Notes under the pieces: model-generated
Seen by the model: only the letters and a program-made list of their open reading frames with translations
The model's database searches: none
Told to the model about the DNA's origin: nothing
Part shown: positions 45,079-52,941 of the stretch, in pieces
Position numbering within the stretch: the first letter of the stretch is position 1
Layout of the letters: each line of letters starts with the position of its first letter
Source of the DNA: Candidatus Gastranaerophilaceae bacterium
Lineage (GTDB): Bacteria > Cyanobacteriota > Vampirovibrionia > Gastranaerophilales > Gastranaerophilaceae
Length of the DNA stretch: 64,000 nucleotides
Direction of reading: 5' to 3'
Assembly: GCA_965647125.1 (NCBI GenBank)
Contig: CBFGCD010000001.1
Span: 186,449 to 250,448, forward strand
Program-made: the position numbers and the translations under genes

Positions 45079-45113
45079 TAATGTCATCATCTAAATTAAT
45101 GATGATGACATTA
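45079..45113 (-). terminator. perfect 13-bp hairpin between the 153-aa gene and fliA (terminator or attenuator)
   Basis: TAATGTCATCATC-9 nt-GATGATGACATTA. On the minus strand a T-run (GCTTTTT) follows only after about 8 nt. Confidence 0.45.
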
Positions 45114-45123
45114 GGTGCAATTT

Positions 45124-45585
45124 TTATGTTGTTTCTAAGTTTTTGTTTATCATTTTTTTAGATTTTTCAACATTTTTCATTTTTTTATTTAATTCGTTAA
45201 TTTCATTTTTTAGATTTTTACAATGTTGTATTGCTTTTTCTTTTTCGGCTGTTGCTGTGTTATATTTTGCTGTTAAAACAGCAAGTTCTTGTCTTAATTC
45301 AACTTGTGCATCATCAAGGTTAACGAGTGCTGAATTAAATTTTTCTTGTTTGATTGATTGATAATTATTAACAGGTGTTGTTTGTGTTGTTGCTTTTGCG
45401 TTTGGTGTTGTGCTGGTTGTATTTTGCATTTTTAACTGTGGGGTTGTTGTTTTTGGAGTCGGAGGGGTGCTTGTTGCGTATTTTACTTCAATTGCCCTGT
45501 CTTGTGAATCAAAAACCGTTTCAAGAGCAAAAACATTTGTCGAAATTAGCGAAAGCGCAAACACATAAACTAATATTTTTTTCAT
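45124..45585 (-). CDS. secreted T/P-rich coiled-coil protein, unknown function
   Basis: MKKILVYVFALSLISTNVFA signal peptide, TTPPTPKTTTPQ low-complexity stretch, C-terminal heptad-like region. Confidence 0.55.
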   Translation of the reverse strand: MKKILVYVFALSLISTNVFALETVFDSQDRAIEVKYATSTPPTPKTTTPQLKMQNTTSTTPNAKATTQTTPVNNYQSIKQEKFNSALVNLDDAQVELRQELAVLTAKYNTATAEKEKAIQHCKNLKNEINELNKKMKNVEKSKKMINKNLETT

Positions 45586-45707
45586 AAAAACTCCATTCTG
45601 ATAGCTTTCTTAATATTATTTTACATTATGCTGAAATTATAATGCAATAAAAAAGAGAATAATTACTCTTTTTATTTGATTTAATTTTTTAATGATATAA
45701 TTTTTCT

Positions 45708-46550
45708 ATGGATAAATCATATTTAATAGCTCTACTATTTTCAACTCTTGCAGGTCTTTCAACGGTCATTGGCGGATTTGTCACTTTTTTTATTAAAGAA
45801 AATTCGCTCAAATTTCTTTCTTTTGGATTGGGATTATCTGCAGGTGTTATGCTTTTTGTTTCTTTGGTTGATTTATATCCTGATGCCTGTGAAATGATTA
45901 AAAATCAAATGGGAAATGAATTTCTCTGGCTTGCGGTTTTGTTTTTAACAATCGGAATGCTTTCGGCGATTTTGATTGATTATTTTATTCCCGATCATAT
46001 TCAAGCTTCAATGTTTACAAAGCAATTGGGAGCAAACGAAAAACATATTGACAGCACAGATTGTGTCTGTAATGAAAATGCTTGTATTTCAATCGGGAAA
46101 ATAAAAAAAGCAGGGCTTTTGACAGCGATTGTTGTTGCGGCACATAATTTCCCCGAGGGGCTTGCAACATTTTTTGTTACAACGCAAGATACCGCAATCG
46201 GATTAGGGATTGTTGCGGCGATTGCAATTCATAATATCCCTGAGGGTATGGCGATTTCTATTCCTGTTTATCAAGCAACTCATTCAAAAAGAAAAGCATT
46301 TCTATATTCTTTTTTATCAGGAATGGCAGAACCTGTTGGCGGAGTTTTAGGATTTTTGATTATAAGAACTTTGTTTCCTGATTTATGCATAGGGATTTTA
46401 TTTGCTCTTGTTGCAGGAATTATGACCTATATTTCGCTTGACACATTATTACCCCTGTCAAGAGATTACGACACAGGACACTATTCAATCAGCGGCGTTG
46501 TTGTGGGAATTATGCTTATGGGTTGTGCGCTTATGATTCTTTCAAATTAA
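45708..46550 (+). CDS. zupT: ZIP-family zinc transporter ZupT
   Basis: 8 TM. AAHNFPEGLA and AIHNIPEGMA metal-binding motifs. Confidence 0.85.
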   Translation: MDKSYLIALLFSTLAGLSTVIGGFVTFFIKENSLKFLSFGLGLSAGVMLFVSLVDLYPDACEMIKNQMGNEFLWLAVLFLTIGMLSAILIDYFIPDHIQASMFTKQLGANEKHIDSTDCVCNENACISIGKIKKAGLLTAIVVAAHNFPEGLATFFVTTQDTAIGLGIVAAIAIHNIPEGMAISIPVYQATHSKRKAFLYSFLSGMAEPVGGVLGFLIIRTLFPDLCIGILFALVAGIMTYISLDTLLPLSRDYDTGHYSISGVVVGIMLMGCALMILSN

Positions 46551-47932
46551 CCCAGCATTTTTAATGATTTAGAAAAATTATTTCCGCGGGATTTTAGTTT
46601 AATTAAAGAATCAATTTCAAAAGCTTTTTTGAGAAGATAATTTGGTCTTAGATAATAGCTTTTGTTTAACTTTGCGCAATGTGCCAAAATTTCTTCGCGG
46701 CTTAGGGCGAAGCTTCGCGGGTTTAAAAGCGCGTAAGGATTTTCGGGGTTTGGTTCTGCTAATCTGTTTTTGATGAGATAATCAAAATATTTTGTTTGCG
46801 AATATGCAATTGTGGGTTTAAAAATTGCACTGTGGGTATTTAATTCTTTTGCAAAATTATATGTTTCATTGATTGTTTCTTTTGTTTCCCAGGGGAAGCC
46901 AATGTTGAATTCTGTTTGAATTTGAATTTTTGCATCAGATAAAAGCGCGACTGTTTCTTTTATTTCTTCAAGATTGTTTTTCTCGTTCATTCTTTCTAAT
47001 ATAGCTTCGCTTGCGGATAAAACATTTAAAATAATAAAATTGCATCCTGCTTTTTTCATTATTTCAATTGTTTCAAAATCAAGAGAATCGGCTTTTGTTC
47101 TTGTTGAAAAATTAATTCTTAAATTATTTTCAAGAATTTGTTTTGATAATGTATCAACCCAATTGTTGTCAAAATTAAAAAAATCTGCTTCAAAAAAGAA
47201 ATTTTTAATTTCATATTTTCTAACACAATCCTTTATTTCGTCAATTATAAGGCTTGTGTTTTTGAGACGGATTAATTTTTCTTTTTCAAATTTATTTCCG
47301 CGGTAAAAATCAAATTGATTATCGCCCGAAGAAACAACAATCGAGCTTTGTATTTGTTTTGTGAGTGGATTTATGTATAAATTATTGTTAACTAATTCCC
47401 TGTCTAAAACAGGCAGATTATCAAGCGAGGTTTCTTTGATTCTGTCTTTTGTTGAGGAGATTTTGTTATTGATTTGATATGTAATTCCCTCAATTTCTTT
47501 TAAATCATTATATTGTATAATTTCATCAAATGCCCCCTCGATATCTCCTCTTAGTGCGATATCAATTTGGGGATATTTTTGCATTATTGTGTATGAATTG
47601 TAATTGAAAATTTCACCTTTTGCAATTATTACAATATCTTCAAATAAATCTTCGTTTTGAGATAAAATCGACAAATCTTCTTCGAAATTTTCTCTTGTAA
47701 CATTAATAAGCAGAAAATCAGGCTTAAACATTCTTAAATCTCTTAAAAAATCATAAAGAGACAGATTATCTTTAGAATAATCGCAAAATTTTGTTATATA
47801 TCCTCTTTTTTTAGCAACGGTTGATAACATCATCATATCAACAGGCAAATTATTTTCATGTTGATTTAATTTGTTTGAATTCGGAGGATATATGAAAAAA
47901 ATTTTTTGTCTTTTTATTTTTTTTGTTTCCAT
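46547..47932 (-). CDS. B12-binding-domain/radical-SAM-like protein lacking the CX3CX2C cluster motif
   Basis: Class-B rSAM layout, but the cluster block reads SSIVVSSGDNQFDFYRGN in place of SRGCPxxCxFC. Flanking blocks are retained (SLIIDEIKDCVRKYEIKNFFFEADFFNFD, AGCNFIILNVLSAS). Confidence 0.6.
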   Translation of the reverse strand: METKKIKRQKIFFIYPPNSNKLNQHENNLPVDMMMLSTVAKKRGYITKFCDYSKDNLSLYDFLRDLRMFKPDFLLINVTRENFEEDLSILSQNEDLFEDIVIIAKGEIFNYNSYTIMQKYPQIDIALRGDIEGAFDEIIQYNDLKEIEGITYQINNKISSTKDRIKETSLDNLPVLDRELVNNNLYINPLTKQIQSSIVVSSGDNQFDFYRGNKFEKEKLIRLKNTSLIIDEIKDCVRKYEIKNFFFEADFFNFDNNWVDTLSKQILENNLRINFSTRTKADSLDFETIEIMKKAGCNFIILNVLSASEAILERMNEKNNLEEIKETVALLSDAKIQIQTEFNIGFPWETKETINETYNFAKELNTHSAIFKPTIAYSQTKYFDYLIKNRLAEPNPENPYALLNPRSFALSREEILAHCAKLNKSYYLRPNYLLKKAFEIDSLIKLKSRGNNFSKSLKMLG

Positions 47933-47945
47933 TTTCTTTTTTCTA

Positions 47946-48758
47946 TTATTTTGAAGTCTTAATTCTGTGTTTTAAAATTATTTTAATCAAATTGTTAACA
48001 AAGTTCTGCGGCAAAAATCTTGATAATTTGGCAATTTTAGCATCAAAACCAATATTATAAACTGCTTTTGGATTTTTTGTTTCAATAATGCGGGCGATTT
48101 TTTTTCCTGCATAAATCGGGCTTTTAGCGTAAAGTGCGTTTTTTTGTGCATTTTTAATCAAAAAATCCATTTCTTTTTCGTATTTATTTTGATTTGAGTC
48201 AGGTTTATTTTCACTATTTTTATTTTTTTCAATTGATACTTCCCAAAATTTGGTTGCAAATGCCCCCGGACGGATTGAAACAACTTTTGTATTGTTTTCA
48301 ATTGAATAATTATTTAATAAAATATCACATGCAGATTTGGAAATTGAATAAGGGCTTAAAAACGGGAAAATTCCATATTGAGCCATTGATGAAACATTGA
48401 TAAATTTCCCTTTTTCATCTAATTGAGGACAAATATATTTAATTATCCTTAAAAGCCCGAAAAGATTAACATCTAATTGTTTTTTAAGCTCTTTTTCATC
48501 AAGATTTTCAACCGCGCCTGCAATTGCAATTCCTGTAAAATTTATTATTGTATCAAATTTTAAATCTTTAATTTTTTCTCTTAGTTTTATAAAATCATTT
48601 TCTTTTTCAACATCCAAATAAAACTCATGGATTTTTTCATTAATTAATCCTGCACGGCGAGTTGTGGCAAAAATGTTATATTCTGCGCTGTTTAACTCCT
48701 TTAGTGTACTTAATGCTAATTCAGAATTTATTCCAATTAGAAGAATGTTTTTTTGCAT
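47946..48758 (-). CDS. short-chain dehydrogenase/reductase (SDR) family protein
   Basis: N-terminal Rossmann ILLIGINSELALS, NFTGIA (NNAG-like), SSMAQ...YSISKSA (S...YxxxK). Confidence 0.65.
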   Translation of the reverse strand: MQKNILLIGINSELALSTLKELNSAEYNIFATTRRAGLINEKIHEFYLDVEKENDFIKLREKIKDLKFDTIINFTGIAIAGAVENLDEKELKKQLDVNLFGLLRIIKYICPQLDEKGKFINVSSMAQYGIFPFLSPYSISKSACDILLNNYSIENNTKVVSIRPGAFATKFWEVSIEKNKNSENKPDSNQNKYEKEMDFLIKNAQKNALYAKSPIYAGKKIARIIETKNPKAVYNIGFDAKIAKLSRFLPQNFVNNLIKIILKHRIKTSK

Positions 48759-48776
48759 AAAACTATTTTATAATAA

Positions 48777-49388
48777 TTAATTGATATTTTCCAGGTTTAT
48801 TTTTTTCTTTTTGATTATATTGTAAGATTTAAAATCCATATTTGCCCCTTTTTTAATAAGTTCTTGTGCAATTTCAGGCATATTGTTTTTAAGCGCCATG
48901 GATAAATTTGTGTTATTTGTAACTAAATCCTGATAATTAATTTTTGCGTTATTATCAATTAAAAATTTTGCCATTTCTTTGTTTTTGTTTCTAATTGCTT
49001 CATAAAGTTCGCTATAATAACCGCGGTCCAGTTTTGCACCGTTTTCATAAAGTAATTTAACCGTTTCGAAATGATTGTTCCTTGCTGCACGATAAATTGC
49101 ATAATCGCCAAAATAACTTTGATTTAAATCCATGCCTGAACTTATTAAAAGTTTAATATTTTCAATATTGTTTTTGTTAACCTGTTCAATCAAACATTGC
49201 GCACAAGGAACGAGTTTTTTTGAGCGGAGTTTTTCTTTTAATTCAAAATCGATTTTGTTTTGAGGGTTTGATTTTTGAATAATTAGCGACCGCGAGGCAA
49301 AATCGCCCAAATTTTCTATATCAATTGCATACACACAAGAAAACGCGAAAAACAAGAATATTATTAAAAAAATATTAATTTTTTTCAT
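48777..49388 (-). CDS. secreted ankyrin-repeat protein
   Basis: MKKINIFLIIFLFFAFSCVYA signal peptide. At least 3 ankyrin units (AIYRAARNNHFETVKLLYENGAKLD, LYEAIRNKNKEMAKFLIDNNAKIN, LSMALKNNMPEIAQELIKKGANMD). Confidence 0.7.
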   Translation of the reverse strand: MKKINIFLIIFLFFAFSCVYAIDIENLGDFASRSLIIQKSNPQNKIDFELKEKLRSKKLVPCAQCLIEQVNKNNIENIKLLISSGMDLNQSYFGDYAIYRAARNNHFETVKLLYENGAKLDRGYYSELYEAIRNKNKEMAKFLIDNNAKINYQDLVTNNTNLSMALKNNMPEIAQELIKKGANMDFKSYNIIKKKKINLENIN

Positions 49389-49391
49389 TTT

Positions 49392-50069
49392 TTAATCCAA
49401 TTTAATCTTTTCAAATTCCTTAATAATTTTTGCTTTTTCAAAAGAATTGAATTTCGGAATTGTTCCCAAAATTTTAACATCGCTGAAACATTTTAATTCT
49501 TTAATGAAATTTTTTTCACTCAAAGTCGGATTTTCATTCATTAAATTAATTATTATTCCTTTGATTTTAATTTCACAATCTTGCGCACATTTTACAGTCA
49601 TCAAAAGATGATTTAATCTCCCCAGGCTTGGGGGAGTTACTATTATTATTTCTTGATTTAAAAGTTTTATAATATCTGAAAATAATTTTCCTTTACAAGC
49701 AGGGCAAAACAACCCTCCTGCTCCCTCGATTATCATTAAATCAATATCGCGGGAAAAATCGTCAAAATCTTTTTTGATTTTGTTTAAGTCAATATCAATA
49801 TCATTAATTAAACATGCCAGATGAGGAGAGATTTCACCTTTAAAAAGATGAGAATATTTTGTTTTAATTGAATTTGAATCGTTTGAATATTTTTTGAATT
49901 CATAAATATCAGGAGCAATTAAAACATCGTCTTGTTTATAAGCTCCGCTTTGGAAAGGCTTGTAATATCCGACTTTTAAGCCTTTGTTTTTGTTTGCCAG
50001 ACAAAGTCCGATTGAAACAAAGGTTTTCCCGATATTTGTATCAACTCCTGTTATAAAAACGCTTTTCAA
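49392..50069 (-). CDS. bioD: dethiobiotin synthetase
   Basis: VFITGVDTNIGKTFVS P-loop, YYKPFQSG, IIEGAGGL. Apparent TTG start. Confidence 0.8.
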   Translation of the reverse strand: MKSVFITGVDTNIGKTFVSIGLCLANKNKGLKVGYYKPFQSGAYKQDDVLIAPDIYEFKKYSNDSNSIKTKYSHLFKGEISPHLACLINDIDIDLNKIKKDFDDFSRDIDLMIIEGAGGLFCPACKGKLFSDIIKLLNQEIIIVTPPSLGRLNHLLMTVKCAQDCEIKIKGIIINLMNENPTLSEKNFIKELKCFSDVKILGTIPKFNSFEKAKIIKEFEKIKLD

Positions 50070-50145
50070 AATTTTTTCACATCCTTAATTTTGTTTATAT
50101 TATAATTATACAATTAAATTAATTATTTTAGCAAAAAGGTAAATT

Positions 50146-51081
50146 ATGAAAACAAAAGAAGAGCTTTTAAAATTATATAATTTGGATTTAGATGAACTTT
50201 TAAAAATAGCATCTCAATTTACATTCCCAGAGTTTGAATTTTGCTCGTTAATATCCGCACGCACGGGCAAATGTTCGCAGGATTGTAAATATTGCGCTCA
50301 ATCAACAAGATATAACACAAATATCAAAACGCATCCTTTGGTTTCAATTGAAGAAGTTAAAAAAGCGGCAATTGAATCAAAAAACAACGGCGCGATAAAT
50401 TTTGCAATCGTAACATCGGGAAAAACACCCGATGAAGCAAAGGATTTTGATGAATTATTACAAATGATTAAAGAAATTAACGCGCTGGGGTTGAAGTCTT
50501 GCGCCAGTATTGGAATTTTAAATCAAAATCAGGCACAAAAATTAAAACAAGCGGGTTTGGTGCGTTTTCATCATAATATCAATACTTGCAGAAGTTATCA
50601 TAACAAAATTTGCTCAACCCACAGCTATGAAGACAGAATCAACACCTGTAAATTTGTAAAGCAGGCAGGTATGGAACTTTGCTCGGGGGTAATTATCGGG
50701 ATGGGTGAAACAATTGAACAAAGAATCGAAATGGCGCTTGAACTGGCACAAATTGAACCTAATAGCATCCCTGTTAATATTTTAACGCCTATTAAAGGAA
50801 CTCCTTTTGAAAATTATGGCGATAAAATCGATGAGGAAAATATTTTGCGAACGATTGCGATTTTTAAAATCGCCAATCCGAAAGCTTCAATTCGCCTTGC
50901 AGGAGGCAAAAAAGCAAGGTTGAGCGGAGAAAATATTGAAATTTTGATGAAAAATTGTGTTGATAGCGCAATTGTCGGGAATTATTTAACAACAACGGGA
51001 TTTTCTGCTTCAGATGATGAAAAAAAAGTAATTAAAGCAGGAAAAACCCTTAAAACGCTTAAAGCTTTTCAGGCTTTTTAA
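50146..51081 (+). CDS. bioB: biotin synthase
   Basis: CSQDCKYCAQS radical-SAM motif, FAIVTSG, CASIG, NTCRSY, CSGVIIGMGE. Confidence 0.9.
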   Translation: MKTKEELLKLYNLDLDELLKIASQFTFPEFEFCSLISARTGKCSQDCKYCAQSTRYNTNIKTHPLVSIEEVKKAAIESKNNGAINFAIVTSGKTPDEAKDFDELLQMIKEINALGLKSCASIGILNQNQAQKLKQAGLVRFHHNINTCRSYHNKICSTHSYEDRINTCKFVKQAGMELCSGVIIGMGETIEQRIEMALELAQIEPNSIPVNILTPIKGTPFENYGDKIDEENILRTIAIFKIANPKASIRLAGGKKARLSGENIEILMKNCVDSAIVGNYLTTTGFSASDDEKKVIKAGKTLKTLKAFQAF

Positions 51082-51975
51082 AATTTGATAAAATAAGTCC
51101 GAAAATAACAAGAATAATTCCCGAAATTGAAAAAACATCAAGTTTTTCACCCAATATCAAAACGCTTGAAACAGCACAAATTACGGGAACAAGATAAATA
51201 TAAATGCTTGTTTTTACCGCTCCTAATTTTTTAAGTGAATAATTCCACCAGATAAAACAAAAAGCGCTTGCACCCAAACTTAAATATAAAAGATTTAAAA
51301 AATTAACAGGGTTTAAAAATGTTTCAAAATTTAAATTATTCCCTTGGATTTTTTCAAAATAAATCAAAAACGGAATCATTAAAATTATTCCGTGAAAAAA
51401 AACCTTTTTGTAACTTGAATTGTAGAATATCTGTAGTTTGAAATTTTTTTAATCAAAATTGAATAAATTGCCCAGATGAAAGATGCGCAAATTGCCAGAA
51501 AATCGCCCAGAGGGTTTATTTCTATTTTTGTGTTTTTAAAACTTATTAAATAAATTCCAATTATTGCAGTTAAAAATCCTAAAAAGAAGTTAAGATAAAG
51601 TTTCTCGCGATTCTTTTTTCTGAAAACAAAATAACTCAAAATCCCGACTGCAAAAGGAGCACATGACATAATGACTCCGACATTTGCAGCATAAGTAAAA
51701 CAAAGCGCTATGTTTTCAAAAAGATAATAAAGTGTTATTCCAAAAAAGCCTGCAAAAATAAACAATAATTCTTTTTTAAAACCATTAATTTTAATTCCTC
51801 CGGGACAAATCAAAAATAAGACGAAAAATCCGATTAAAAACCTCAAAAAAAGAATTTCTACAGGATAAAAATCTTTTAGCAAAATTTTTGTTGAAACAAA
51901 CGTCATTCCCCAGATAAAAATCGTTATAATTGCGCTTATGTGTGCGGGTATATTTTTTGATGGCTTATTGTTCAT
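51059..51975 (-). pseudogene. EamA/DMT-family transporter interrupted by a frameshift in a homopolymer
   Basis: Fragments 51385..51975 (5 TM) and 51059..51379 (4-5 TM) join as ...TKRFFFHGIILMIPFLIYF... if the A8 run at 51395..51402 (T8 on the coding strand) is 9 nt. Confidence 0.7.
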
Positions 51976-52803
51976 TTTTTATTTTCCTCTTTTTTGGGTT
52001 TTTATTTGCAATTTCAAAAGGCGAAAAACCGAAATATTTTTTAAATGAATTGCTAAAATGGCTCTGGTCGCAAAAACCCAGAAAATATGCAGTATCGGCT
52101 ATTGAATAATTCAGTTTTAAAAGATTTTTCGCCTTATTTAATCTTATTGATTCTTGAAATTTATAAGGCGTTATATTTTTCCTTTGAATAAATTTTCGAT
52201 TCAAGGTTGATTTGCTTATTTTAAATATTTTTGAAAGTTCTTCTAAATTTATCCGATTTTTGCAGTTTTTTCCAAATATAAACAAATTTCGTCGATTTTA
52301 TCTTTTTTTGGAGCATTTTTTGTTTTGATAATATTTTTTTCAAACAAAATTGATAAAATTTTTAAAAGTTCTTTTTTTGATTTTTTGTTATTTGAAATGT
52401 TTTGATAAATCGCTTGAAAAATTGAAGAAAAATCGATATTTGAAAAATTAATGTCTGAAAATTTAATAACATTTTCGCAAAAATCCACAGTTTCTTTTTT
52501 ATCTGAAATTTCATAAATCGGCAATTCCATTGTTGTTTTGGGGATATTGAGTGCGATATAATTAAAATTTTCAAAGCTTAATTTATTACATCCATGGCAG
52601 GTTTCGGGGTTAAAAAGTAAAATATCATTTTGATTGATTGAATAATTTTTATTGTTGCAAAAAAGTTTTCTGTCGCCTTTTTTAATTAAGCCGATTGTAT
52701 AATAATTATGAAAATGAACAGGAAAACTTGTATTGAAGCTTTCGTAATTATAAATTTCAAAATTTAAATCTTTATTATAAAAAATTTTTTTATCGTTTTT
52801 CAA
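51965..52803 (-). pseudogene. AraC-family regulator (cupin + HTH) interrupted by a frameshift in a homopolymer
   Basis: Cupin fragment 52249..52803 (FPVHFHNYYTIGLIKKG) and HTH fragment 51965..52285 (LEELSKIFKISKSTLNRKF...DQSHFSNSFKKYFGFSP) join as ...LYLEKNCKNRINLEEL... if the T6 run at 52266..52271 is 7 nt. Confidence 0.7.
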
Positions 52804-52879
52804 TTATAATCCTTTCGATGATTTAATTATAATTATAAAAGCGATAAAATCTTGCAAAAAAGATTCAATTTTAATATTT

Positions 52880-52917
52880 TATAAAACAACCGCAAAACTG
52901 TTTTGTGTTTTGCGGTT
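52880..52917 (-). terminator. rho-independent terminator after the 873-aa gene
   Basis: AACCGCAAAAC-8 nt-GTTTTGCGGTT (11 bp, perfect) followed on the minus strand by GTTTTAT. Confidence 0.7.
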
Positions 52918-52941
52918 GGTTATTTTGAAATTTATTTGAAA

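Noticed and set aside
46547-46550. Convergent genes sharing a TTAA stop/stop overlap (zupT with the rSAM-like gene; also 28264-28267 for the 767-aa ORF with the MFS gene)
   Set aside because: This is a trivial consequence of TAA stops on both strands in AT-rich DNA. There is no evidence of regulation.
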